This document shows, in pieces, positions 10,044-20,661 of a stretch of DNA of 64,000 nt; positions within the stretch are counted from its first letter, which is position 1; each line of letters starts with the position of its first letter. A model generated the notes under the pieces. That model was given only the letters and a program-made list of their open reading frames with translations, was not told the DNA's origin and made no database searches. The translations under genes were made by a program, and so were the position numbers. This DNA is from Dehalococcoidia bacterium (GTDB lineage: Bacteria; Chloroflexota; Dehalococcoidia; Lucifugimonadales; GCA-2712585): positions 1,706,878 through 1,770,877 of the forward strand of contig CBDBPI010000002.1 of assembly GCA_965208725.1 (NCBI GenBank), written 5' to 3'.

Positions 10044-10692
10044 AGCCGACCTTCACGTTCACACCTGCTACTCCCACGACTCCACCGCCCCCCTCCAGTC
10101 CATCATCAACCGCTGCATCCAAACCGGCATCAACTGCCTGGCCATCACCGACCACAACACCGCGGAGGGCGCCCTGTTGCTCAAGGGTGATGCGCCAATC
10201 CACATCATCGTCGGCGAAGAGGTTAAGTCCTCAGAGGGAGACATCATCGGCCTCTTCCTCAAAGAGACCATCCCCCAGGACCTGACCCCGCAGCAGACAG
10301 TACGAGAAATCAAGTCCCAGGGTGGCCTCGTCATGGTCCCCCACCCCTTCGACCGGGTACGCCACTCCGCCCTTGGCCTTGAGGCCTTCCAATCTATTGC
10401 CCACGACGTCGACATAGTCGAGACCTTCAACGCCCGCAACTTCTTCAACGCCGACGACGCCCAAGCCGACGAAATCGCCCGCAGCCACCACATCGTCCGC
10501 GCCGCCGCCAGCGACGGCCACGCCTCCGTCGAACTCGGCCGCACCTACAACCTCATCCGCACCTTCATCGACACTCCCCAGGACTTCCTCCAGGGCCTCT
10601 CCCAGGCCCAACTCGTCACCAGGCGTACCCGTATGCTCCACCGCATGGCCCCGACAATAGCCAAGGCCCGCAAGTATTTCTCCCGCCGGTGA
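10027..10692 (+). CDS. PHP-domain metal-dependent phosphoesterase
   Basis: 221 aa. 'KADLHVHTCYSHDS', 'LAITDHN' and 'MVPHPFD' are PHP motifs. Overlaps the xseB end by 17 nt. Confidence 0.7.
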   Translation: MNSFLKADLHVHTCYSHDSTAPLQSIINRCIQTGINCLAITDHNTAEGALLLKGDAPIHIIVGEEVKSSEGDIIGLFLKETIPQDLTPQQTVREIKSQGGLVMVPHPFDRVRHSALGLEAFQSIAHDVDIVETFNARNFFNADDAQADEIARSHHIVRAAASDGHASVELGRTYNLIRTFIDTPQDFLQGLSQAQLVTRRTRMLHRMAPTIAKARKYFSRR

Positions 10693-10696
10693 ACCG

Positions 10697-11323
10697 ATGT
10701 CGGCCCTACTCAACCTCGGCATCCTCGCGTCTCACACCGGCACCACTCTCCAGGCCATCATCGACGCCTGCGAACAGGGCGACCTCAACGCCCGCTGCTG
10801 TGTGGTCATCAGCAACAACTCTAAGTCGGTAGCCCTCCAACGGGCTCGCAATCACCACATCCCCGCCCTCCACCTGAGCAGCCGCACCCACCCCGAATCC
10901 CAACCCCTCGACACCGCCATCGCCGACGCCCTCTCCCGCCACGACGTCGACCTTGTCGTTTTGGCCGGCTACATGAAACTCCTCGGCCCAATCACCCTGC
11001 AGCGTTTCCGTAACCGCATCGTCAACACCCACCCCGCCCTGCTCCCTGATTTCGGCGGACGAGGCATGTACGGCGACAACGTCCACCAAGCCGTCCTCGA
11101 CGCCCGACGCGAGGCCACAGGCGTCACCGTCCACCTCGTCGACGAAATCTACGACCACGGTCCAATCCTCGCCCAGACCGAAGTCCCCATCCACCCCAAC
11201 GACACCCTCGCTTCCCTACGAGACCGCGTCCAGACCGTCGAACGCCGCTTCTACGTCGACACCCTCCAGAAAATCGCCACCAACCAAATCCCCCTCCCTC
11301 CTTCTCCCCTCCGCTCATCCTGA
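10697..11323 (+). CDS. purN: Phosphoribosylglycinamide formyltransferase
   Basis: 208 aa. 'LGILASHTGTTLQAIIDA', 'LVVLAGYMKLL' and 'IVNTHPALLPDFGG' (the N-H-D formyltransferase triad region). The last ~10 codons and the stop codon lie inside a repeat module (CGCTCATCCTGA at 11312). Confidence 0.9.
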   Translation: MSALLNLGILASHTGTTLQAIIDACEQGDLNARCCVVISNNSKSVALQRARNHHIPALHLSSRTHPESQPLDTAIADALSRHDVDLVVLAGYMKLLGPITLQRFRNRIVNTHPALLPDFGGRGMYGDNVHQAVLDARREATGVTVHLVDEIYDHGPILAQTEVPIHPNDTLASLRDRVQTVERRFYVDTLQKIATNQIPLPPSPLRSS

Positions 11324-11747
11324 GCCTGTCGAAGGATCGAGCGTCCCTCTTCCATTAAACCTGTAGGGGCGGTTCGCGAACCGCCCTTCTTCTTCCCCCT
11401 CTCCCATCTTGCTAGAGGGCTGGGGTGAGGGCACTCCCTCTCTCCTCTTAAGCCTTCCCCCTTGACGGGGGAAGGCTTGGATGGGGGTGACTCCCCCGTT
11501 TGCCCTACCCCTGCTACCCAAATGACCTTCGTAGTGAGCGGCTCGCGAGCCGCCCGCCCTCGTCAACTGCGCCCAACCCCAAACGTGTCAAACCAGCCCC
11601 ATCTCTACACCAAACCCCTCAACCCACCACCAACTCTGCAACTTACCGCAACGCAGTTGCCTTGCCGTCATGCAATGACCCCCCCAAACCAAAAGACCCG
11701 CTCTTTCAAGCAGGTCTCTTGCAGACTCCTGGTATGTCGAAGGAACG
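11324..11747. repeat. Intergenic mosaic of short hairpin repeat modules
   Basis: Modules seen elsewhere in the window: CGCTCATCCTGAGCCTGTCGAAGGA (11312), GTAGGGGCGGTTCGCGAACCGCCC (~11363), CCCTCTCCCATCTTGCTAGAGGGCTGGGGTGAGGG (~11396), CTTCCCCCTTGACGGGGGAAG+GGATGGGGGTGA (~11455), GAGCGGCTCGCGAGCCGCCC (~11537), GCAACGCAGTTGC and GTCATGCAATGAC (~11650-11680). Confidence 0.8.
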
Positions 11748-12374
11748 CTAGCTATCGCCGTCGCCCTCCTCCTCATCCTCCGCCTTCCCCAGAATCTCGT
11801 CGATAATTCCGTAATCAAGCGCCTGCTCCGGCGTCAGGTAATAGTCCCGGTCCGTGTCCTGCGCAATCTTATCGTAAGGCTGCCCCGTGTTGTCCGAAAG
11901 AATCGTCCGCAGCTTGTCCTGCAGCCGCAGAATCTCCCGCGCAGCAATCTCAACGTCGCTCGCCTGTCCCTGCGCGCCTCCCATCGGCTGGTGCATGTGG
12001 ATGGTCGAATTCGGCAGCGCATACCGCTTCCCCCTCGTCCCCGCCGTCAGCAGCACCGTCCCCATGCTCGCCGTCATACCCACGCTTATGGTCGAAACGT
12101 CGCACCGAATCAGCTGCATCGTGTCATGAATGGCCAGCCCGGCGGAGATGACCCCGCCCGGACTGTGAATATACAGGTTGATGTCCTTGTCCGGGTCTTC
12201 CCGCTCCAGGAACAGCAGCTGCGCGATTATCAGGTTCGCCGTCTGGTCAACAATGGGCGTCCCCAGAAACACAATCCGCTCTCTCAGCAGCAGCGAGTAT
12301 ATGTCGAAGGCCCGCTCGCCTCGAGGCCCGGTTTCCACCACCATGGGTATAATACTGCTCGGGTTGAAAGTCAC
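11748..12374 (-). CDS. clpP: ATP-dependent Clp protease proteolytic subunit
   Basis: 208 aa. '[18 protein letters not shown]', 'INSPGG-like [19 protein letters not shown]' and '[11 protein letters not shown]' (catalytic Ser), with His in 'TIHMHQP'. Confidence 0.95.
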   Translation of the reverse strand: MTFNPSSIIPMVVETGPRGERAFDIYSLLLRERIVFLGTPIVDQTANLIIAQLLFLEREDPDKDINLYIHSPGGVISAGLAIHDTMQLIRCDVSTISVGMTASMGTVLLTAGTRGKRYALPNSTIHMHQPMGGAQGQASDVEIAAREILRLQDKLRTILSDNTGQPYDKIAQDTDRDYYLTPEQALDYGIIDEILGKAEDEEEGDGDS

Positions 12375-12375
12375 T

Positions 12376-13722
12376 CTATTCTCCTTCTTGTTCCTCGTCC
12401 GCCGTCGATTCGGCTTCAGACGAAGATTCCTGTTCTTGCTCCTTGCCCTGAACTATCACTGCAAGACGCTCCAGCGTCTTCTTGGTCTTCAAATTCGACC
12501 CCATAGAGTCTCTGAAGGCTTGGGCTAACACCGCTTTTTGAACGGAAGGGTCTCCCGCCCCGCCTGAATCTTCCACCAGTCGGTCAATCGCCTCGGCCAC
12601 CTCTTCTTCAGTCACCTCAATTCCCTCTTCTTCCGCCAGCTTCCTCAGGACGAAAGACCGGACCATCCCCTCCCGCGTGTCCGGTTTCATCTCTTCCCGG
12701 ATCTCCTCCTCAGTCTTCCCAATCTGCTGCAAATAAGCGTCCATGTCCATCTGCTGAGCCTGCAGGGCCTCTGTCCTCTCGTGCCACATGTGGTCCAACT
12801 GCCGCTCCAGCAGCACGTCGGCAAACTCCACCGTGGCCCCTTCAACCACCTGTTCCATCGCCTTGTCCTGCAAGTCCTGGTCCGCCTCCCGGTCTGCGGT
12901 GGACACCAGGTTCTCCATCACCGATTCCCGCAGCGCCTCAAGCGTGTCGAAGCCGGGCCCAATCCCCTTCGCAAATTCGTCGTCCAGGTCGGGCAGCGCC
13001 CTCCGCTTCACCTCGCTGATTACCACGTGGAAGCGGCATTCCTTGCCGTCATACTCTTCGTTTCCGAAGTCCTCCGGCACCTGCAGCGTGAAGGTCTTGT
13101 CGTCGCCCTTCCTGGATCCCTCAAGCATCACCGAAAAGCCGGGCAGCGGCAGTTTGTTCTCCATGGAAGGAATGAATTCAATCCCCTGGCTGTCAACTAT
13201 GTTCCGCCCCTCCACCGTTCCCGTTACGTCAATCGTCAGCTGGTCGCCAAACTGAATCGGCTCGTCAACGGGCTCCCACGGCGCGGTCTCCGTCCGCAGA
13301 CGCTCCAGCACGTCGTCCACCTGCTCGTCCCCCACGTCAACCGTCTGACGCTCAATCCGCAGATCCTTGTAGTCGCCCAGCTGTACGTTGGGCTCAAGCG
13401 GGACCGTCGCCTTGATCTGAAGGGGTTCGATACTGGTGATGTCCATGTTGGGCGGAATATACGGCTCAAGGCTCTCCTCCTTCACCGCCCGCTCCACCAG
13501 CCCCGTCACCGCCCGCTCCAGCGCCTCGCTCAGAAGTTGCTCCCGACCGACAACCTGTTCAAGGATGCGTCTGGGAGCCTTGCCCTTGCGAAAACCGGGA
13601 ATACGGACCCTGTTGACCAGGCGTCTGTAGGCCCAGTCCAGATACGGGTCCACGTCCTTTTCGTCGCATTCAATGTTGAGGACTACCTCCGTGGGGAGGT
13701 CCGCCTCGCGCGTTATCTTCAA
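12376..13722 (-). CDS. tig: Trigger factor
   Basis: 448 aa. Ribosome-binding signature '[15 protein letters not shown]', followed by a PPIase-like middle domain and a C-terminal arm domain. Directly upstream of clpP (1-nt spacing). Confidence 0.9.
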   Translation of the reverse strand: MKITREADLPTEVVLNIECDEKDVDPYLDWAYRRLVNRVRIPGFRKGKAPRRILEQVVGREQLLSEALERAVTGLVERAVKEESLEPYIPPNMDITSIEPLQIKATVPLEPNVQLGDYKDLRIERQTVDVGDEQVDDVLERLRTETAPWEPVDEPIQFGDQLTIDVTGTVEGRNIVDSQGIEFIPSMENKLPLPGFSVMLEGSRKGDDKTFTLQVPEDFGNEEYDGKECRFHVVISEVKRRALPDLDDEFAKGIGPGFDTLEALRESVMENLVSTADREADQDLQDKAMEQVVEGATVEFADVLLERQLDHMWHERTEALQAQQMDMDAYLQQIGKTEEEIREEMKPDTREGMVRSFVLRKLAEEEGIEVTEEEVAEAIDRLVEDSGGAGDPSVQKAVLAQAFRDSMGSNLKTKKTLERLAVIVQGKEQEQESSSEAESTADEEQEGE

Positions 13723-13798
13723 CTAATTCACTTCCCCAAAACCCTGCATGAATTATATCACAGGGGTATTTCTCTGGAACTATATGTGAGCCGCCGGT

Positions 13799-15610
13799 TC
13801 ACTTGTTTTCTGACGCCAGCCGAAGCCCCAACTCCGACAAGTGTCCTTCTTCAACGCTGGACGGCGCGCCGAAAAGCAGGTCCGACGCGCTCTGAGTCTT
13901 CGGAAACGCGATAACGTCGCGGATGTTGTCCACGTCCGCCAGCAGCATAATCAGCCGGTCGATGCCCATGGCAATCCCCCCGTGAGGCGGCGCTCCGTAC
14001 TCAAGCGCGTCCAGAAGCTGACCGAACTGCTGCTGCATCCCCTCGTCCGAATGCCCCATCAGCCGCAGGATCTTCTCCTGGTCTTCCCGACGGTGGTTGC
14101 GAATGCTTCCGCCCCCCACCTCGTACCCGTTGCACACCATGTCGTACTGCTGCGCCCGCGCCGCCCCCGGGTCCGAGTCCAGCAGGCCCGCGTCTTCCGC
14201 CCAGGGCGCCGAAAACGGGTTGTGGGGAGCGTCCCACCGCCCTTCCTCAGGCTGCCACTCCAACAAGGGGAAATTCACAATCCACGCGAAGGCCATCTCA
14301 TTGGGGTCCGCCAACTCCAACCGGTCCCCCATCACCGACCGCAGATGGCTCAGGCTGTTGTTCACCACCTCCTCCGGCCCTGCCACAACCAGCAGCAGGT
14401 CCCCCCGCGAAGCCCCCATCGCCTCCCCCATCCCCCGCACTTCCTCAATCGTGAGATGTCTTGCCGCAGCAGACCGCACCTGCTCCATCAACAGACACTC
14501 CAGCCCCCCTTCACCCTCTCCAATCGCCACTGTCACCAGCCCCAGCGCGCCCCGACTCCGCGCCTCGTCCGTAAGCTGGTCCAATTGACGACGCGAATAT
14601 CCGGCGCAGCCAGGCGCCGCGAATCCCTTCACCATGCCCCCCGTCGACACTACCGAGCGGAAAACCTGGAACCCACTCTCCCCCGCCAGCTCTGTCACGT
14701 CCGCCAGCTCCAGCCCGAACCGCAAGTCCGGCTTGTCAGAACCGAACCTGTTCATGGCGTCACGGTAGTCCAGCCGCGGAAACGGCCCCGAGACCCGCTT
14801 CTCCGGCGTGATAGTCTCAACAATTGCGATGTACAACTCCTCAATGAGCGACAACACATCATCCTGGGTGACGAAGCTCATCTCCAGGTCCAGCTGCGTG
14901 AACTCCGGCTGCCTGTCCGCCCGCAGGTCCTCGTCCCGAAAGCAGCGCGCCATCTGAAAGTACCGCTCGAACCCCGAGACCATTAGCAACTGCTTCAACT
15001 GCTGCGGCGACTGCGGAAGCGCATAGAAGCTCCCGTGATGAAGCCGACTGGGCACCAGGTAGTCCCTCGCCCCCTCCGGCGTGCTCTTGATAAGTATCGG
15101 CGTCTCAATCTCCAGGAACCCCCGCTCATCCAGGAAGTCCCGGATGAACTTCACAACCTTATGACGCAGCACCAGGTTCCCGTGCATCCCCTCCCTTCTC
15201 AGGTCCAGGTATCTATGACTCAGACGCAGCGCCTCGTCCACCTCCTGCTCTTCATTGATATAGAAGGGTGGCGTCTTCGATGGATTCAACACCTGCGTCC
15301 CGCTGGCGTGCACCTCTACGTCCCCCGTTGCAAGCTGGGGATTCTCCGTCCCTTCCGGACGCTTCTCCACTGTCCCCGTAATGCTCACCACCCACTCCGC
15401 CCGCGCCTGCTCGGCTACGGAGTGCGCCTCCGGCGCCGTGGCTGGATTCACCACCACCTGGGCGATGCCGGACCTGTCGCGCAGATCTATGAATATCAGC
15501 CCCCCGTGGTCGCGCCGACGATGCACCCAACCGGAAAGGGTCACCTCGCTGCCCACGCTCCCAAGTCTAAGCTCGCCGCAATTCGTTCGTTCGCCCACAC
15601 ACGCCTCCAT
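13799..15610 (-). CDS. aspS: Aspartate--tRNA ligase
   Basis: 603 aa. OB anticodon-binding N-domain '[23 protein letters not shown]' and class II motifs '[18 protein letters not shown]', 'GGGSIRNH' and '[13 protein letters not shown]'. Confidence 0.95.
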   Translation of the reverse strand: MEACVGERTNCGELRLGSVGSEVTLSGWVHRRRDHGGLIFIDLRDRSGIAQVVVNPATAPEAHSVAEQARAEWVVSITGTVEKRPEGTENPQLATGDVEVHASGTQVLNPSKTPPFYINEEQEVDEALRLSHRYLDLRREGMHGNLVLRHKVVKFIRDFLDERGFLEIETPILIKSTPEGARDYLVPSRLHHGSFYALPQSPQQLKQLLMVSGFERYFQMARCFRDEDLRADRQPEFTQLDLEMSFVTQDDVLSLIEELYIAIVETITPEKRVSGPFPRLDYRDAMNRFGSDKPDLRFGLELADVTELAGESGFQVFRSVVSTGGMVKGFAAPGCAGYSRRQLDQLTDEARSRGALGLVTVAIGEGEGGLECLLMEQVRSAAARHLTIEEVRGMGEAMGASRGDLLLVVAGPEEVVNNSLSHLRSVMGDRLELADPNEMAFAWIVNFPLLEWQPEEGRWDAPHNPFSAPWAEDAGLLDSDPGAARAQQYDMVCNGYEVGGGSIRNHRREDQEKILRLMGHSDEGMQQQFGQLLDALEYGAPPHGGIAMGIDRLIMLLADVDNIRDVIAFPKTQSASDLLFGAPSSVEEGHLSELGLRLASENK

Positions 15611-16390
15611 TCCTGAAATCGTCTCTGCAACACAAACGCCCCCATCGGGCGCAACTATCTATTCTAGACTACCCCGTCACCCCCATCAACGAAAGCAGAC
15701 CCACCGCCCACCCAATTCCCCTCCCACCCGCTCATCCTGAGCCTGTCGAAGGACGAAGGGACGAGCCTCCTTTCCCATTAACCCGTAGGGGCGACCGGCT
15801 GGTCGCCCTTCCCCCGCCGCCGGTCCCCTCTTCACCCTCTCTCATCCTGGAGACCTTTGAACAACCGTCATTCCGGCGAAAGCCGGAATCCAGAAATGCG
15901 CGATTTAGCTATAACTAGGGCAGGACAACTCCACAATCTGAACCTGTTTCGGCAGTTACGCAAAGCTCTCCGTCCTGGGAGAAGGTTGGGCTGAGGGTCG
16001 CCTCATGCCTCTTCCCCCTTGACGGCGGAAGATTGAGATGGGGGTGATTCCCTCACCAAACATCAATCCCCTGTAGGGAAGAGGGCGGGTTTGAAACCCG
16101 CCCTCTTCCCCCTCCACCCACACCGTACCCGTAGGGTCGGCTCGTCAATCCCCCACCCCCGCGAAAGCGGGGCCCACTCGTCACCAACCACCAAACCCCT
16201 CTCTCCACACCCAACCCCAAATTTGCCGCAACGCAGTTGCCGCCACCCTCGCGAAGGCGGGGGCCTACTCTCCACCGGCCACCAAACCCCCCAACCCACA
16301 CCCAACACTGCAGACTTAGCCGCAACGCAGTGACCCCTCTATCCCCATCCGCCGCCTTGGTGATAAACTGATGCACAAATCATCCCTAAG
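15611..16390. repeat. Intergenic mosaic of hairpin repeat modules, including the 119-bp element copy 2 (15854..15972)
   Basis: In order: CGCTCATCCTGAGCCTGTCGAAGGA (15729), GGGCGACCGGCTGGTCGCCC (15788), the 119-bp element (15854..15972), CTTCCCCCTTGACGGCGGAAGATTGAGATGGGGGTGA (~16012), GGGCGGGTTTGAAACCCGCCC (16083), CCCCCGCGAAAGCGGGGCCCACTC (~16155), GCAACGCAGTTGC (~16225), CGCGAAGGCGGGGGCCTACTC (~16250), GCAACGCAGTGACC (~16322). Confidence 0.85.
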
Positions 16391-16401
16391 GAGGCCCTCA
16401 C

Positions 16402-16848
16402 GTGCCCTTGGCCACAGGCGACAAAGCCCCCGATTTCACCCTCTCAGACACCGATGGACAGGACGTTTCTCTCAGCAGCTTCCAGGGAAAGCAGAAAGTC
16501 CTCCTCGTCTTCTATTGCCGCAACAACACCCCCGGTTGAAACCGCCAGCTCCAGGCCCTGCGGGACGACAGGGCCGAATTCGACGCAGCCAACGCGGCAA
16601 TCCTCGCCGTCAACCCCGCCTCCGTGAAGTCGCACCAGAACTACAAGGCAAAGTTCGACCTCCCCTTCCCCCTCCTGTCCGACGCCGACCGCGCCGTTTC
16701 CAACGCCTACGACGCCGTCAAGGCCAACGGCAAGAGCATCCAGCGCTCCGTCCTCATCATCGATACAGACGGCGTCATACGCTACCTGAAGCGCGGCATG
16801 CCCAAGGACGCCGAACTTCTCGAAGTCCTCAACGGCCTCGATTCCTAG
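16402..16848 (+). CDS. Bcp-type peroxiredoxin with an in-frame UGA (selenocysteine candidate) at the peroxidatic position
   Basis: GTG at 16402, 7 nt after TAAGGAGG. Translation: VPLATGDKAPDFTLSDTDGQDVSLSSFQGKQKVLLVFYCRNNTPG-TGA(16537..16539)-NRQLQALRDDRAEF...PFPLLSDADRAVSNAY. The same frame continues into track ORF 16624..16848. The TGA sits exactly where AhpC/TSA-Bcp proteins carry the T-P-G-C catalytic Cys. Confidence 0.75.
16554..16575 (+). promoter_or_regulatory. Candidate bacterial SECIS hairpin for the peroxiredoxin UGA
   Basis: GGCCCUG-CGGGACGA-CAGGGCC: 7-bp perfect stem with an 8-nt G-rich loop. It begins 17 nt after the U of the UGA at 16537. Confidence 0.45.
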
Positions 16849-16971
16849 TACCCCGCCATTCCACTATGAAACCAGTCCCGACCGCCGACGCCACCACTCT
16901 GGTAGGGAAGGTTCGAATACCGCCCTTCTTCCATCCCAACCACTACCTCTTTTCCGTAAGGCAGTAACCCC

Positions 16972-17793
16972 TTGATACCCGTCGGCGACATAGGCATTCA
17001 GCGCAGGACCATACCCTACGTCACCTACGGCCTTATCTCCATCAACGTCCTGGTCTTCCTCTACGAACTCTACCTCGGCGGCTCCCTCTTCTTCACCGAC
17101 AACATAGACGTTACCGTCTTCTTCCTCCAATGGGGTCTCATACCCAGCGAACTGACCGGCGGCCCCGAAATCACCGAATGGCGCTTCCTCGTCCGCGAAG
17201 GACGCAACATCGGCATTCTCAACGCCGACGTCACCTCCCCCGTCTCCACATGGGGCACCGCCTTTTCTTCCATGTTCCTCCACGGCGGCTGGATTCACCT
17301 CCTCAGCAACATGCTCTATCTGTGGGTCTTCGGACGCAACATCGAAGACCGATTCGGACACCTCGTTTTCCTCCTCTTCTACCTGGGTGCAGGTCTCGCC
17401 GCCGTCTGGACCCACGTCGCCCTCAACATGGATTCCATCACTCCCCTCGTAGGTGCCAGCGGCGCCATCGCCGGCGTAACCGGTGCCTACATCGTCCTCT
17501 TCCCCTTCAGCCGCATCCGCACCCTCGTCTTCTTCCTCTTCATCATGGCCGTCGACTTGCCTGCCATCCTCGTCCTCGGATTCTGGTTTATCCTCCAGCT
17601 TTTCCAGGGTTTGGGACAGTTCGGCGCGTGGGACGCCGGCGTTGCCTACTGGGCCCACGTCGGGGGCTTCGTCGCCGGAATCCTCTGCGGCTTGATTTAT
17701 AAGCTCATCCGCCGCGAACCCCTCATGCCGCAACGAAACAGGCCCTGGGGTCGACGAAACCCCTGGGACAACTTCCCCCCCGACTATCGCTAA
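16972..17793 (+). CDS. Rhomboid-family intramembrane serine protease
   Basis: 273 aa with a TTG start. 'FLHGGWIHLLSNMLYLWVFG' (rhomboid HxxxN region), the catalytic 'GASGAIAGVTGAY' (GxSG), a later 'AHVGGFVAG' His, and multiple TM segments. Confidence 0.85.
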   Translation: MIPVGDIGIQRRTIPYVTYGLISINVLVFLYELYLGGSLFFTDNIDVTVFFLQWGLIPSELTGGPEITEWRFLVREGRNIGILNADVTSPVSTWGTAFSSMFLHGGWIHLLSNMLYLWVFGRNIEDRFGHLVFLLFYLGAGLAAVWTHVALNMDSITPLVGASGAIAGVTGAYIVLFPFSRIRTLVFFLFIMAVDLPAILVLGFWFILQLFQGLGQFGAWDAGVAYWAHVGGFVAGILCGLIYKLIRREPLMPQRNRPWGRRNPWDNFPPDYR

Positions 17794-18008
17794 CCCCACC
17801 CCCAACCCACAAACCATCCTTAGGGGCGACCGGCCGGTCGCCCACCCCCTCTCTTCCCCCCTCTCCCGTCCTGGGAGAGGGTTGGGGTGAGGGTACTCCC
17901 TCTTCATTCACATCCGTCGCCTGACCGCTCATCCTGAGCTTGTCGAAGGACGAGCCGCTCACCCCCGACCCAATCCCTCTCCCCTACCCCTCTCCCTCAC
18001 CCCCACAA

Positions 18009-18037
18009 TTGACACCCCAACACGCCCATACTAGAAT
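18009..18037 (+). promoter_or_regulatory. Candidate sigma70-type promoter upstream of rex
   Basis: TTGACA (18009..18014), a 17-nt spacer, then TAGAAT (18032..18037). About 80 nt upstream of the rex ORF. Confidence 0.4.
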
Positions 18038-18118
18038 CGCCCTACCCCGATACTCCGTTTCACCCTCCCCTCAAATCGCCCAGGAGGAACCGAAAGCCAG
18101 CCCCCGCAAGGAAATTCA

Positions 18119-18784
18119 TTGGCCCCCCAACCTGACAACACCTCATCCCAACACTCCAGGGTCCCGGACGTCGTCATCGATCGCCTGCCCCAGTACGTTC
18201 GCATCCTGCACACCCTCATGGAATCAGGCGTCGATGTGGTCAGCTCACAGCAGTTGGGCCGCCATCTCCAGGTAACCCCCGCCCAGATACGAAAAGACCT
18301 CAGCTACCTCGGACGCTTCGGCAAGCAGGGCAGGGGCTACGACGTTCGCTACCTCGCCTCGGAACTCAAGCAGATCCTCGGCCTCAACCGCCGGTGGAAC
18401 GTCTGCCTCATCGGCGTCGGTCGCCTGGGCAGGGCCATCCTCAGCTACCCGGGCTTTGCTCCCGAAGGCTTCGAAATCGTTGCCGCCTTCGACACTGACG
18501 ACCGCGTCGTGGGTGCAACTCTGGGCGACCTGAAAGTCCAGCCGATGGACGAATTGGGCGAAACCGTTAATCGCCTGAACATCAGTATAGGCGTAATCGC
18601 CGTGCCAAGCTACGTGGCTCAGGAAGTGATGAAGCTGCTGACCGAATGCGGCGTAGAGGCCATCCTGAACTACGCCCCTGTCTACCCCCACGTGCCTGAG
18701 CAAGTACGTGTCCGAAACGTAGACCCCGTCCTCTCCCTCCAGTCGATGACCTACTACCTAAGCCACCGAAACAGCGACGGTTAG
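18119..18784 (+). CDS. rex: Redox-sensing transcriptional repressor Rex
   Basis: 221 aa. Winged-helix 'RLPQYVRILHTL...VSSQQLG...ITPAQIRKDLSYLG..GKQGRGY' followed by the Rossmann 'VCLIGVGRLGRAIL'. The exact start (a TTG in the track) is uncertain. Confidence 0.85.
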   Translation: MAPQPDNTSSQHSRVPDVVIDRLPQYVRILHTLMESGVDVVSSQQLGRHLQVTPAQIRKDLSYLGRFGKQGRGYDVRYLASELKQILGLNRRWNVCLIGVGRLGRAILSYPGFAPEGFEIVAAFDTDDRVVGATLGDLKVQPMDELGETVNRLNISIGVIAVPSYVAQEVMKLLTECGVEAILNYAPVYPHVPEQVRVRNVDPVLSLQSMTYYLSHRNSDG

Positions 18785-19221
18785 CCCACCCCCGGCGAAT
18801 CCCCTCGCTGCGCCCTCCGCCTCCGACGTCGCGCCACCGCCAGCCTCACCGTGGCCCTCCGAAGCTGCGACAGCGCCTGCTCCAGGTCCACGTCCGCCGA
18901 ACGCATAGCTATGCGTTCCTGCGCCAGTTCCATCGCCGCCTGCGCCCGCTCCTCGTCTATCTCCTCCGACCGCTCGGCGGCATCCGCCAGAATGCTGATG
19001 CGGTTCTCCATCACCTCCAGGAAACCGCCAGTCACTGCCAGATACGTCTCCTCCCCGTCCTTCCGCACCATCAGCTCGCCTGGCTGCAGCATGCTCATCA
19101 GCGCAGCGTGATGCGGCAGAATCCCCAGGTCCCCCTCCGTCCCGGGGGCCACCAGCGCCTCCACGTCGTCAGAGTAGACGACCCGCTCGGCGGTGATTAT
19201 CTCCAGTCGTATCGTGGCCAT
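18781..19221 (-). CDS. atpC: F1 ATP synthase subunit epsilon
   Basis: 146 aa. 'IRLEIITAERVVYSDDVEALVAPGTEGDLGILPHHAALMS'. Last gene of the atp operon. Confidence 0.9.
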   Translation of the reverse strand: MATIRLEIITAERVVYSDDVEALVAPGTEGDLGILPHHAALMSMLQPGELMVRKDGEETYLAVTGGFLEVMENRISILADAAERSEEIDEERAQAAMELAQERIAMRSADVDLEQALSQLRRATVRLAVARRRRRRAQRGDSPGVG

Positions 19222-19226
19222 TACCG

Positions 19227-20639
<1,413 letters not shown>

Positions 20640-20661
20640 TCAAATGCCAGTCGCGGTCGCG

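Noticed and set aside
16537-16539. In-frame TGA in the peroxiredoxin (and at 57610..57612 in the Rdx gene) as simple pseudogene lesions or separate short ORFs.
   Set aside because: Both stops fall exactly on the catalytic Cys of conserved redox motifs (TPG-C and C-x-x-C). The frames stay open and conserved-looking on both sides, and both have a hairpin starting 17 nt downstream. Selenocysteine fits better, though it remains unproven without the sel genes.
16864-17907. 347-aa minus-strand ORF overlapping the rhomboid gene. Similar long antisense ORFs occur at 28830..29591, 33422..34510, 34915..35667, 36399..37151, 52913..53722 and 57967..59379.
   Set aside because: Each lies opposite a gene with clear family motifs. 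Each has G/A/E/D/V-rich low-complexity translations and often starts inside repeat modules. I treated them as GC-driven shadow ORFs.
18781-18784. The 4-nt overlap of the convergent rex and atpC 3' ends as a regulatory feature.
   Set aside because: Convergent stop-codon overlap is common in compact genomes, and no structure or motif was seen there.
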